64,000 bases of DNA, taken from Armatimonadota bacterium. Its GTDB lineage: Bacteria; Armatimonadota; Hebobacteria; CAIYQO01. Where the stretch lies: positions 94 to 64,093 of the forward strand of contig JBBRXO010000005.1 of assembly GCA_038248345.1 (NCBI GenBank), given 5' to 3'. Within the stretch, counting starts at the first letter, position 1. The number at the start of each line of letters is the position of its first letter. Shown one piece after another: positions 41,031 to 51,700 of this stretch. Made by a program: the position numbers and the translations under genes. Below the pieces are notes generated by a model that was given only the letters and a program-made list of their open reading frames with translations, ran no database searches and was not told the DNA's origin.

Positions 41031-44000
41031 ATGAGAGATAATTCCGGGGAGAAAACGGGGGCCATTATGGATACCGCTCGGGAAGATATAGTGGAAAAAA
41101 GTGCAAAAAACGACAGGATCAGTTATCGAGCAATAATTACTGCTGTATTGGCATTGATGCTCTTCTGGTCGTGCTGGTATTTGGCGTCTAATCGTTACCG
41201 CGAGTGGTTAATTAACACGGAGCGAGCAGCAGTAACAGCTCGTCTCTCCCCTTATCGAAACTCACTGTTAACCTCACTCTCCCGGCGGTTAGCTTTATTA
41301 GATGGCCTGAAAGCACTGGCCGAAATGGAGAAAGACCAGAAAAGCATTGATCGAAACTTTATCCCATATGCGCAAAATATAACTCACGATACGACGGGGA
41401 TTCGCGCACTGGAATTGATGCCGCATGGCGTAATAAAGTACGTTTATCCTGTAGCAGGGAATGAAGCTGCTATTAATCATAATATATTTCAAGATACGCG
41501 GCCTGAAATAATTAATGATGTTGCGCGTACAGATAAACCTAACGTTGTGGTAATCAGTGGCCCGTTGGAGTTACGCCAGGGGGGAACTGGTCTGATTTTG
41601 CGGGAGGCATTATTCAAAGGTGACGAATTTTGGGGATTCGCCACGGTTATTCTCGATGTAAATGAAATACTGCGAGATGCCGGGCTATTAGCTGATATAT
41701 CCGATATTAACTATGTTCTGTACCGAGTAGATGATCGCCGGATAATATCTGGTGACGCCAAGGTGCTGAACAGTAATCCTATCATTCATTCTATTCCTTT
41801 GGTAGACGGATCGTGGTCACTGGCTGGTATCCCCGCCGATGGTTGGGATGCTCCGGTAGCCTTCCAGTTACACTTGTTTCAATTGGCTGGTGGCTTCATC
41901 GGTTTATTGCTTTGTATCCTGATATATTTCTTCTTTAATCGACAGTACGCATTGGAGAAAGCAGTACAGCAACGGACAGAAGAACTGGCGTTTTTGACAG
42001 AAGCATTGCAAGATGACGTCGTCAAGCAAGAGAGGATTGAGGTGGAACTGATTCAACTGAATAGCTCCATGCAGGCTATCTCAGGGGTGAATCAGGCTAT
42101 TGCTCATGCAAAAGATGAAATATCGTTGATGCAAGAGGTCTGCCGCATTTTAATTGAGGTACGCGGTCATTCGTTAGCTTGGATTGGCCTTGCTGAAAAT
42201 GATTCCCATCATACTGTTCGCCCGGTAGCACAGAGTGGCTATGATGACGGTTACCTCGATTCTATTGAAATAACCTGGGGAAATGATGAACACGGTATAG
42301 GTCCTACCGGATCGGCAATCCGTACCGGCTTCCCTGTGATTTCGCATGAGATTGTAAATGATCCACTATACGGCCCCTGGCGTGATGAAGCTGTTAAACG
42401 CGGCTACTTGTCATCAATTGCGCTACCGTTGCTTGATCGAGGCCATGTTTTTGGTGCATTGAATATTTATTCTGCGACTGAGGCCTTTGATGAGGAAGAA
42501 GTACTAGAGCTGCAAGACCTGGCGGCAGATTTATCATTTGGGGTGCGTGCCTTGCGTTTACGCGAAGCGCAGTTGAATGCAGAAGCAGCATTACGTGAGT
42601 CAGAACATCGATATCGCTCGTTATTTATGGACAACCTCGCAACGATTCTACTCATTGATCCTGCTACCGGTCACATCGTAGATGCCAATAACGCCGCAAG
42701 TGAATTCTATGGATATACCATCAAGCAACTGCAGCAGATGTATTTATGGGATATTAACATGATTATGCAGCAGGAGATATTGGAGCACCTGGAAGTGGCA
42801 AAAGTGAGGAAAATGCCGCACCAGCTGGCTGAGCATCAATTGGCCAATGGGGAAATACGACAGGTAGAGGAATACAGCGGGCCATTTACTATCAATGGAA
42901 AGGTGTTGATCTACAAATTGGTACATGATAGTTCTGATTTACGCAAAGCCGAGCTCGCATTGGCGGAAGAAACAGAACGCTTGGCCGTAACATTGCGCAG
43001 CATAGGTGATGGGGTCATAGCTACAGATGCCGATGGTAATATAACGCTTTTGAATGATGTGGCCTGTGTACTAACTGGCTGGACAGCGATAGAAGCGTTA
43101 GGTAAGTCGTTGCCAGAAGTTTTTAATATAATTGATAAGAGTACCAGGATACCATCCGTTAATCCGGTAGCACGAGTGCTTGAAGCTGGTGAGATCATTG
43201 AAATTGAGAATCATACTGTATTGATCTCCAGAGATAAGCGTGAATACCACATTGCTGATAGCGGAGCCCCCATAATTTCAGCGACGGGAAGCATTATTGG
43301 AGTTGTACTGGTATTCCGAGATGTTACGGAGAAATTTGAAATTGCCGAGAAGCTGAGTCGGCAACAGGAGGAATATAAGACAATTGTAAACTCTGTGCCA
43401 GCATTAATATTTTTCAAAGACTTGCAAAACCACGATTTAAGCGTAAACCGAGCCTACTGTGAAAAGATGGGTTTACCATTGGAATGCGACGGGATGATTG
43501 ACGTTTCATCGCGTTTTCCGCAGGAGGATGCCGACAAATATTTTCAGGATGACCTGGAAGTCGCGCGCAGCGGTATACCGCTACGAAATCGGATTGAAAG
43601 ATTCGTCACGCCAACAGGTACCAGGTGGATATCAACAGATAAAGTTCCTTATCGAGATAAAGACGGGAATATCATTGGTGTGATTGGATTCGCCGTTGAT
43701 GTGACTGATGAAAAGTTGGCTCGAGAGCAATTGGAAGCGGCGAAAGTGATGGCAGAGAAAAGCAATAATTCCAAGAACCTGTTTATGGCGATGATGAGTC
43801 ACGAGATTCGTACTCCGATTAACGGTATCATGGGCATTACGGAGATATTACTCGAAGAAAAGGTTACAATAGAACAGAAAGAATTTCTTTCGATGATAAA
43901 AGAGTCATCTCAATCGTTGATGGAGATCCTCAATGATATTCTGGACGATTCTAAGATAATCGCTGGTAAACTGGAACTCGATGAGCAGCCTTTCTCGTTG

Positions 44001-45695
44001 CGTGACTGTTTAGGTGCAGTATTACGCACGATGGGTTTCCATGCAAATCAAAAGGGACTGGAGTTGATTGGCTATGTAACACCGCAGGTACCTGACTTTC
44101 TGGCGGGTGACTCTAACAGGTTGCGTCAGATTCTAGTCAACATAGTAAGCAATGCGATAAAGTTTACTGATGTAGGTGAGATTACTATCCGAGTAGAAGT
44201 TGAGGAAAGTACTACGGATAAATCAAAGATATATTTCAGTGTTGCAGATACTGGGCAAGGGATACCGGAAGATAAGATAGCGACAATATTTGAAGAGTTT
44301 TCGCAGGTAGACATGTCCGCAGGCAAGCATGTTGAGGGTACTGGATTAGGATTATCTATTGTAGAGCGATTGGTAAAATTAATGAACGGACAGATTTGGG
44401 TAGAAAGCAAAGTAGATAGAGGGAGTATTTTTAATTTTACGGTAGAATTTGCTTGCCAACCGCTTGAGAGTCAGCAGATGATTCCTTCGATACAGAGTTT
44501 ATTGGGCGGAATACCTGCGTTAGTTGTGGATAGCAAAAAGGCGAATGGTAATTATCTTTACGACGTGTTGCATGATTGGGAAATGGCAACCACGCTGGCA
44601 AATAGTGGCAAATCTGCTTTGCAAGAGATGAAATCACTTGCGGAGATAGGCGTGACTGTAGCAGTGTTTATCATCGACATTAACATACCTGATGTGCAGC
44701 TCGCTGATCTGATTGTGCAATTACAGAATGCGAATGGAGGGACAGGAGCATTCATCTTGATGATAAATTCTGCAGATAAATCGTCTAATTATGTGATAAA
44801 TAAAGAGATTGGCATAGTGGCATTTTTGCGAAAACCAATAATTCAAGCGGAGCTACTTGACGCAATAATGCAGGGAATTCATAAAGATAGAGGCGGGGTC
44901 ATTGCCGATCCGCTCCCAACTCCGCCAGTCATGGAGCTCCCACCTTTGAAAGTACTGCTAGCGGAAGATAATGCTGTGAATCAATTAGTTGGCAGGAAGA
45001 TGCTGGAAAAGATGGGCCATGAGGTAATGGTGGCAAATGATGGGGAGGATGCTATACGTATGTGGCGCGAAAAGAATCCGGAATTAATAATGATGGATCT
45101 ACTGATGCCTAACATTGACGGAATAGAGGCGACGCGAATTATTCGAAACGAAGAGAGCGGAACCGAAAAGCATGTGCCGATAATCGCGATTACTGCCAAC
45201 GCCAGGAAGGGCGATAACGAGCGTTGTTATGCTGCAGGGATGGACGGGTATGTTCCTAAACCGGTAAACCTGGAGCGCCTGCGCCAAGAGATCATGCGGG
45301 TATGCGCTGCCTGCCCTAGTTTTGATCAGCCGGTTGCTGTCAGGAAGAATCCGATATTCAAGTACGAAGAAGCATTATCTCATATGGAGAACGATGTAGA
45401 GCTGTTTAATGAGATGATGAACTTGTTCATCAACGGGTTACCCGTGCAACTGGCTGAACTACATCAGCATATTACTGATGGTAATCCAGTGGAAGCACGC
45501 AGGTTGGCTCATTCCCTCAAAGGATCAGCGCATCATTTTTATGCTGCTGATGCTATAAAGGCCGCGGGCGATTTGGAAGATCATCTTAAATCAGGCAGAA
45601 TTGAAGATATCGGTTCACTTCTACATGATGTTGATGAATCATTCAAAGCGCTATTGACGGCACTAAAATCAAGAAGTTTGGAAGGTAATACTTAA
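41031..45695 (+). CDS. Hybrid sensor histidine kinase (1554 aa): TM/periplasmic sensor, GAF, multiple PAS, HisKA-HATPase, pseudo-receiver, receiver, C-terminal Hpt
   Basis: H-box MSHEIRTPINGI, HATPase N/G boxes, receiver (LKVLLAEDNAVN...IMMDLLMPNIDG...KP) and Hpt (HSLKGSAHHF). The start may be the ATG at 41067. Confidence 0.85.
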   Translation: MRDNSGEKTGAIMDTAREDIVEKSAKNDRISYRAIITAVLALMLFWSCWYLASNRYREWLINTERAAVTARLSPYRNSLLTSLSRRLALLDGLKALAEMEKDQKSIDRNFIPYAQNITHDTTGIRALELMPHGVIKYVYPVAGNEAAINHNIFQDTRPEIINDVARTDKPNVVVISGPLELRQGGTGLILREALFKGDEFWGFATVILDVNEILRDAGLLADISDINYVLYRVDDRRIISGDAKVLNSNPIIHSIPLVDGSWSLAGIPADGWDAPVAFQLHLFQLAGGFIGLLLCILIYFFFNRQYALEKAVQQRTEELAFLTEALQDDVVKQERIEVELIQLNSSMQAISGVNQAIAHAKDEISLMQEVCRILIEVRGHSLAWIGLAENDSHHTVRPVAQSGYDDGYLDSIEITWGNDEHGIGPTGSAIRTGFPVISHEIVNDPLYGPWRDEAVKRGYLSSIALPLLDRGHVFGALNIYSATEAFDEEEVLELQDLAADLSFGVRALRLREAQLNAEAALRESEHRYRSLFMDNLATILLIDPATGHIVDANNAASEFYGYTIKQLQQMYLWDINMIMQQEILEHLEVAKVRKMPHQLAEHQLANGEIRQVEEYSGPFTINGKVLIYKLVHDSSDLRKAELALAEETERLAVTLRSIGDGVIATDADGNITLLNDVACVLTGWTAIEALGKSLPEVFNIIDKSTRIPSVNPVARVLEAGEIIEIENHTVLISRDKREYHIADSGAPIISATGSIIGVVLVFRDVTEKFEIAEKLSRQQEEYKTIVNSVPALIFFKDLQNHDLSVNRAYCEKMGLPLECDGMIDVSSRFPQEDADKYFQDDLEVARSGIPLRNRIERFVTPTGTRWISTDKVPYRDKDGNIIGVIGFAVDVTDEKLAREQLEAAKVMAEKSNNSKNLFMAMMSHEIRTPINGIMGITEILLEEKVTIEQKEFLSMIKESSQSLMEILNDILDDSKIIAGKLELDEQPFSLRDCLGAVLRTMGFHANQKGLELIGYVTPQVPDFLAGDSNRLRQILVNIVSNAIKFTDVGEITIRVEVEESTTDKSKIYFSVADTGQGIPEDKIATIFEEFSQVDMSAGKHVEGTGLGLSIVERLVKLMNGQIWVESKVDRGSIFNFTVEFACQPLESQQMIPSIQSLLGGIPALVVDSKKANGNYLYDVLHDWEMATTLANSGKSALQEMKSLAEIGVTVAVFIIDINIPDVQLADLIVQLQNANGGTGAFILMINSADKSSNYVINKEIGIVAFLRKPIIQAELLDAIMQGIHKDRGGVIADPLPTPPVMELPPLKVLLAEDNAVNQLVGRKMLEKMGHEVMVANDGEDAIRMWREKNPELIMMDLLMPNIDGIEATRIIRNEESGTEKHVPIIAITANARKGDNERCYAAGMDGYVPKPVNLERLRQEIMRVCAACPSFDQPVAVRKNPIFKYEEALSHMENDVELFNEMMNLFINGLPVQLAELHQHITDGNPVEARRLAHSLKGSAHHFYAADAIKAAGDLEDHLKSGRIEDIGSLLHDVDESFKALLTALKSRSLEGNT

Positions 45696-45696
45696 A

Positions 45697-46806
45697 ATGT
45701 CGAATAATCCTTCAAGTGAAATGATTGAAGAAGGACGTTTTAACGAGATGCAGCAGACGGTGTTGCTAATCGAGGATAACTCGATAGATGCCCATCTGAT
45801 ACAGGCGTATATTAATAAAATGCCTGGGGCGCCTTTTCAGGTCATCTGGGAGACTAGGCTTGATGATGGCATAAGTAGACTGAAAAAAAAAGGGATTGAC
45901 CTGATATTGCTAGACCTATGCTTGCCCGATAGCCAGGATCTGGATACATTGTTAAAAGTGCAGAAGCAGGTATCCACGGTACCAATCATTGTCTTGACGG
46001 GTCTGAATGATGAGGATATTGCAGTGGAATCTGTCAAGTGTGGAGCGCAAGATTATCTGGTGAAGGGGCAGACAGATTCATCGTTACTGAGACGTTCCAT
46101 GCGATATGCTATTGAACGCAAAAGGGCAGAACGCGATATTCATAGTTATCAGGAGCAGTTACGCTCGCTGGCAGCGGAAGTATCACTTACGGAGGAACGG
46201 GAACGCCGGCGGATAGCTCATGATTTACATGATCATATCGGACAGCTGTTAGTATTGGCAAAGATGAAACTCTCGTCATTTCACTCAACTTTTGGCAAAC
46301 AAGTTGCCAAACCAGTGGGAGAAATAAACGAGCTGGTTGATAATGCGATTCGTTACACTCGTTCGTTGACAGCAGAATTGAGTCCGCCAGTTCTGTATGA
46401 ATTAGGCTTGGAAGCCGCAATTTTATGGCAGGCTGAGCAGTTGCAAATGCGTCATGATATTAAGGTTGTAGTAGAGGTTAATGATGAACCGATTCAATTA
46501 GCAGATGAGATGCGGGGATTACTTTTCCGTGCCGTGCGTGAATTACTACATAATGTTATTAAACATGCGCGGGCACATCAGATTACTATTCGATTGACTG
46601 GGCAAGTTGACCATATTCTGATAGAGATAATAGATGATGGCACAGGTTTTGATACAAAAATAATTGATAGAAAGAATTGTCAACAGCATGGATTCGGTAT
46701 TTTTAGTATTCAGGAAAGATTAAAATATATCGGTGGGTCGTTATTTATTGAATCTGAAGTCGGAAAGGGAACGCGAGTATTACTTTCCGCACCTAAATTC
46801 TGTTGA
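45697..46806 (+). CDS. Receiver-domain-modulated histidine kinase (REC + HisKA_3/HATPase, NarX/DesK-type)
   Basis: N-terminal canonical receiver (VLLIEDNSID...LILLDLCLPD), then a dimerisation/phospho-His region (RRRIAHDLHDHIGQ) and a C-terminal ATPase domain. Confidence 0.8.
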   Translation: MSNNPSSEMIEEGRFNEMQQTVLLIEDNSIDAHLIQAYINKMPGAPFQVIWETRLDDGISRLKKKGIDLILLDLCLPDSQDLDTLLKVQKQVSTVPIIVLTGLNDEDIAVESVKCGAQDYLVKGQTDSSLLRRSMRYAIERKRAERDIHSYQEQLRSLAAEVSLTEERERRRIAHDLHDHIGQLLVLAKMKLSSFHSTFGKQVAKPVGEINELVDNAIRYTRSLTAELSPPVLYELGLEAAILWQAEQLQMRHDIKVVVEVNDEPIQLADEMRGLLFRAVRELLHNVIKHARAHQITIRLTGQVDHILIEIIDDGTGFDTKIIDRKNCQQHGFGIFSIQERLKYIGGSLFIESEVGKGTRVLLSAPKFC

Positions 46807-46817
46807 GCAGGTGAAAT

Positions 46818-47465
46818 ATGTCGATTCGGATATTATTGGCAGATGACCATAAGATTCTCCGCGAGGGTTTGCGGCTGATGTTGCATACTGATGCCCAGCT
46901 ACAAGTTATTGCCGAGGCAGAGGATGGCCGTACGGCGGTGCGTCTGGCACGTGAGCTAAGTCCAGATGTGGTAATTATGGATATCGCCATGCCAGAATTG
47001 AATGGAATCGAAGCAACCCGCCAGATCGTTGCAGAAAATTCCGCGTTGAAAGTACTTGCCATGTCTATGCATAATGATCGACAATTCATCATTGAAATGC
47101 TTAAAGCTGGTGCAGCAGGTTATTTGTTAAAAGATTCCGCTTTTGATGAACTGGCCACTGCGATTAAGATGGTAATGGGTGGGAAAATATTTCTAAGCCC
47201 CTCGATTGTAGATGTAGTAGTACAAGATTATCTTAGTAAATTATCCCTTACCGCCGAGAACTCGTTTTCCATCTTAACCCCGCGCGAGCGGGAAGTGCTG
47301 CAATTGCTGGCCGAAGGTAAGGCCTCCAAGCAGATTGCTGCCGACCTTTTCCTAAGTGTGAAGACAGTAGAATTATACCGCCAACAAGTCATGGATAAGC
47401 TTAACATTCACAATGTGGCGGAGTTGACGAAATATGCCATCCGAGAAGGATTAACCTCATTGTAA
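46818..47465 (+). CDS. NarL/FixJ-family response regulator (REC + LuxR-type HTH)
   Basis: IRILLADDHKILREG...VVIMDIAMPELNG...; C-terminal LTPREREVLQLLAEGKASKQIAADLFLSVKTVELYRQQVMDKL. Confidence 0.9.
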   Translation: MSIRILLADDHKILREGLRLMLHTDAQLQVIAEAEDGRTAVRLARELSPDVVIMDIAMPELNGIEATRQIVAENSALKVLAMSMHNDRQFIIEMLKAGAAGYLLKDSAFDELATAIKMVMGGKIFLSPSIVDVVVQDYLSKLSLTAENSFSILTPREREVLQLLAEGKASKQIAADLFLSVKTVELYRQQVMDKLNIHNVAELTKYAIREGLTSL

Positions 47466-47587
47466 CCCCGGTTGCCCCCCCGTTCAGGTATATTTTCTTC
47501 AAATACCTGGTAATTCCCCTAATGTGTGTGTCCACAAAATGCGTTAATATGGAACTAATAAATAATAGACACAGGAAGTAGCGCATA

Positions 47588-48064
47588 ATGAATGATACAC
47601 CGACGGTAGCTCCGCCCGGTAATATTCCAGATGAGACATCAGTGTTGATATTGGATGCAAATTCCAGCAATCGGCTGCTGCTAAGCGAGATGGTATGTGA
47701 TTTATGCATGAAGCCAGTGACTGTAGCAGATGCGACATTGGCTTTGTCCATCATTCAGCATGTCAATAAGACGGGTAACCCTTTTCAGCTGGTGATACTG
47801 GCAGCAGAATTCCCTTCCGTAGCTGATGATGGATTTGTAGATAAAATATTTCAGCAAATTGGTGTAGAAAATGCCCGGGTAATAATGATACATAAGCACG
47901 ATTCCGGTGTCGAAGAGAATGATGAGCGGAGAATGATAAATATAAGATGGCCCTTTGACATTTCTGCAATGAAAGATAGCATCAACAAAGTATTTTTGCA
48001 GTGGCCCATAGAAATAGCGAAGCCACCGATTGCTGTTGAAGCTCTGTATCAAGAAAGTAGATGA
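47588..48064 (+). CDS. Degenerate receiver-like protein (phospho-acceptor Asp replaced by Ala)
   Basis: VLILDANSS...FQLVILAAEFPSV... has the receiver topology but lacks the conserved Asp. Confidence 0.45.
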   Translation: MNDTPTVAPPGNIPDETSVLILDANSSNRLLLSEMVCDLCMKPVTVADATLALSIIQHVNKTGNPFQLVILAAEFPSVADDGFVDKIFQQIGVENARVIMIHKHDSGVEENDERRMINIRWPFDISAMKDSINKVFLQWPIEIAKPPIAVEALYQESR

Positions 48065-48067
48065 ACG

Positions 48068-48742
48068 ATGAACATAACCAGTGAAATTACCGAGAATACT
48101 ATTTGGCAACAAATATCCGAGCAGTGCTCGTGGCAAGCGGCTAATGTGATGGGGCCACTCTTCGCCCACACGCTAATGATGGGGAAGGTATCCATCCAGA
48201 CGCTATCCGTGGATCATATATTCCAAAGCATGAAGCAAATGGATGATATGGAGATAGGGATGGAGATGATGATCGAAGGCGACTTGCAGGGTTACCTGCT
48301 GGTCGGTTATCGAGAGCAGGATATCCCGCTTTTACTCCATGGATTACCGAATTTTGACCGTGTGGCGCTGCGGAAGCGTGTTAAGAGCAGGAGCTTCACA
48401 GTGCGGGAGACGAGTAATCTGTTGGCGGCGGCTTTCTTCAACTCGCTCTTTGAATTATGCGGCTACCGAAGTTACCCCATGTGGGTACCTTCGGAGTCAG
48501 GATTTGATACCAGCAAAGACATCACCGCGAGCCCTAGTTTGCCCTCAATGGTCGGTAATAACGGGATTCTGCAGATTGATGCGGAGATGATTCCTATCGG
48601 TTCATGGATGCGTGGAGCGATTAATTGCCGAATGCTCTACTTCCCGAATCTGTCATCATGGGCAAAATTGCGCCGGGCACAGATGCTTATGCCCGAGAGC
48701 AGAGAAACGACTGAGATGCCAGCAAGCACTTTCGTGTGCTGA
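48068..48742 (+). CDS. CheC/CheX-like putative receiver phosphatase
   Basis: Segment RETSNLLAAAFFNSLFELCGY resembles the CheC-family E-x2-N-containing helix. Placed after kinases and receivers. Confidence 0.4.
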   Translation: MNITSEITENTIWQQISEQCSWQAANVMGPLFAHTLMMGKVSIQTLSVDHIFQSMKQMDDMEIGMEMMIEGDLQGYLLVGYREQDIPLLLHGLPNFDRVALRKRVKSRSFTVRETSNLLAAAFFNSLFELCGYRSYPMWVPSESGFDTSKDITASPSLPSMVGNNGILQIDAEMIPIGSWMRGAINCRMLYFPNLSSWAKLRRAQMLMPESRETTEMPASTFVC

Positions 48743-48754
48743 TGGGCTTGTGGG

Positions 48755-48780
48755 GTAGGGGCGCTAAGCTGCGCCCCTAC
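48755..48780. terminator. Bidirectional hairpin GTAGGGGCGC-taagct-GCGCCCCTAC between the signalling locus and the RND gene
   Basis: Perfect 10-bp GC-rich stem between convergent gene ends (48742 on +, 48786 on -). Confidence 0.7.
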
Positions 48781-48785
48781 TTACT

Positions 48786-51700
48786 CTACTCTTTTATCCC
48801 CAGCAACCGATTTTTCAACTGGGTGAACTTGATGCTGACATCGTCGACGATCTCGTAGAATACCGGCACCATAAGTAGCGTCAGGAACATGGAGAGCAGC
48901 AGACCACCGATCACCGCAATCGCTAGCGGCTGGCGCATCTCCGAGCCTTTACTGAGCGCAATGGCGGTGGGTAACATACCGAAGATCATCGCCAGGGTGG
49001 TCATCAAAATTGGGCGCAAGCGGGTAGGCCCGGCGAGTTTAATGGCCTGTTCTCGTCCCATCCCCTCCTTGCGTAGCGTGTTGGTATAGTCCACCATCAG
49101 GATAGCGTTTTTTGTCACCAACCCCACCAGCATGATCATACCGATCATCGTCATAATACTCAACGATTTATGCGTGATGGTCATGGCGAAGATTGCCCCT
49201 GCCATCGCTTGCGGAACCGCCAGCATGATGATCAATGGCGCTAATACTGACTCGAATAGCGCAGCCATGAGCATAAACACCAGCAACACAGAAAGAATGA
49301 GCGCGGCGCTCAGATCCTTCACCGAGGTTTCCAATTGCTCTGCTTGCCCAGCCCAACTCACGGTAACGCCGGTGGTATCCAGGTTGGCTTCGGCCATTTT
49401 GCTAGTGATATCCTGCTTGATGTTGCCGATCTGGTAGCCGTCTTCCAGGTTTCCCAGCACCGTCACCGAGCGTTGGCGATTGGTGCGCTCCACCTTGGTG
49501 GGGCCAGCGGCTGGTTGCAGGTCACTTACTTCGTAGAGCCGCACCGGCTGGCCGGACGCAGTGGTGCCCACTACCATATCCGGCACCAGTGTCAGTACAT
49601 CGCGTTGATCCTTCGGCAGTTGTACGCGGATGTCATATTCCTTGCCGTTCTCACGGTATTTCGTGGTGATATCGCCCTCCATTGAGGTGCGCAATGCGGC
49701 GGCAATGGCAGCCACACTGATTCCGTATTGGGCGGCGCGGTCACGGTCGATGTGCGCCTGCAGCTCCGGACGTCCCGACTTCCACGAAAGGTCCACCGCA
49801 TAGGTTCCGGTGGTATCCTTGACGATCTGCTTGATTTGATTCGCCACTACCAGCGACCGTTCTTCATCCTGACCACTTACCTCGATTGAGATGGGGGATG
49901 CGCCACCACCGCCCATACCAGATGCTATCGAAGCGGTGATCTTCACCCCCGGACGGTCGGCAAACTTCTCATTGAGGGTTTTAACTACCTCGCTGGTACT
50001 GCGCTGCTCAGCTTGCTGCAACCGTAATGACACCAGCATTTTTTTAAAAATCGATTCATTTAGGTCCTTCAGATCCACGCTGATGGTGGCAATGTCAGCG
50101 CTACTGGAGCCGCCGCCGGAAAGCCCGCCGGAACTACCGGATGAGCCTACCTGCGTAAGGACTGACTTTACTTCCGGGTACAATTTTGTATCAAAGAGCT
50201 GTTCCTCGATCATCTTCGCGGTCGAATTTGTAACATCGAGTGACGTGCCTATTGATTGCTCAATTTTGATGGAAAACTGCCGATTATCAGAACTTGGCGA
50301 GAACTCAAAGCCGAATTTCGTCGGTAGCAATAATGCTACTGCCAGAAGAATAATTGTGAAAATCATCAGCGGACGCGTCACGCTGCTGCCAACCGGCTTT
50401 CGTTCTTCACGCTCTAATCCTTCTCGTTGTGAAGGGATCGAGAGGATAAGTCCGACAAGCGCCAGCATTAAAATGGCAACTATCAGGGGTATCAGGCCAG
50501 CGCCAGGAGCTTTTGCATCATTCCATTTTATGCTGCTGAAAATGATTATACCGATTGAAGCCGGCAATGCAACCACGGAAGCATAAAGCCAGCGTACCAC
50601 ACCGTTTAAGTAAATTACCATGTACCAGACAATGAATATAACGAACAGGTCTATGATAATGATAGGGAGTCCAAAAAGCAGTGTCGTAGAGAGTGCACCT
50701 AACCCTGATAACGTCCACGGGTTTGGTTTTGCTACTACTGTGGCAAAACTTGCTACCAATGTCATCATTCCCACACAGATAACTACCGGTCGGTGTAGGA
50801 GCGCCCACGTCAGAATGACACAGTATAGATCACTGACGCCCTGATAAAAGCGCTCCCAGGCCTGGGTAAAACGATAGAACAAGCCCGGATTTTCCTTCTG
50901 CTTCTCCTCATCGGCGACTTCCTCCTCATGTCTCTTCAGCCAGCGTGAGGCAAGCATCGGTGTTAAGGTGAAAGAGATGAATAGTGAGAACAATGTCGCA
51001 GTTGCGATAACGATGCCGAACTGGCGAAAAAACTGCCCGACGATGCCGCCCATGAAGGCAATTGGGACGAAGACTACCACGTCCACCATGGTGATCGCCA
51101 TAGCCGCCAGTCCAATTTCGCTTCGCCCATTTATAGAGGCTTCACGCGGGGATTCTCCCATCTTCAGATGCCGGTGGATATTTTCCAGCACCACGATGGA
51201 GTCGTCCACCAGAATACCGACCGCCAGCGATAGCCCCAGCATGGACATCATGTTCATGGAGTATTTCAGTGCGCCCATGACCATGAAGGTAGCGATCATC
51301 GAAATGGGGATTGCCAGCGCTACGATTACTGTGCCGCGGAAGCTATGCAGGAAGAGGAAAACGATGAGCACCGCGAGTAACGCACCTTCAACTAACGCTT
51401 TGTAAACGTCATTCATGGTGTCGCGTACTTGGATCGACTGGTCACTGGCGACGAAAATTTCAGCTTTGTCTTTGGGGATAATCAGCGCTCCTTTGTCAAT
51501 TTTCTTATTATCCTTCAGTGATTCTGGTGTATACGCTTCACCGGTCATGCGCTCTAGCTCTTTGCGCACGTTGTCTACAACCTGTACGGTATTGGAGTTT
51601 GATTGTTTTTGCACGGTAATCGCGACACTGCTGTCATTATTAACACGAGTGAAGTTGGTTATGTCGGAGACAGTGTCTTTGACTTCGGCGATGTCGCGAA

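Noticed and set aside
49891-50586. 231-aa + ORF antisense to the RND gene, and the 53542-54204 ORF antisense to the adaptor gene
   Set aside because: Low-complexity shadow frames with no start context and no motifs.
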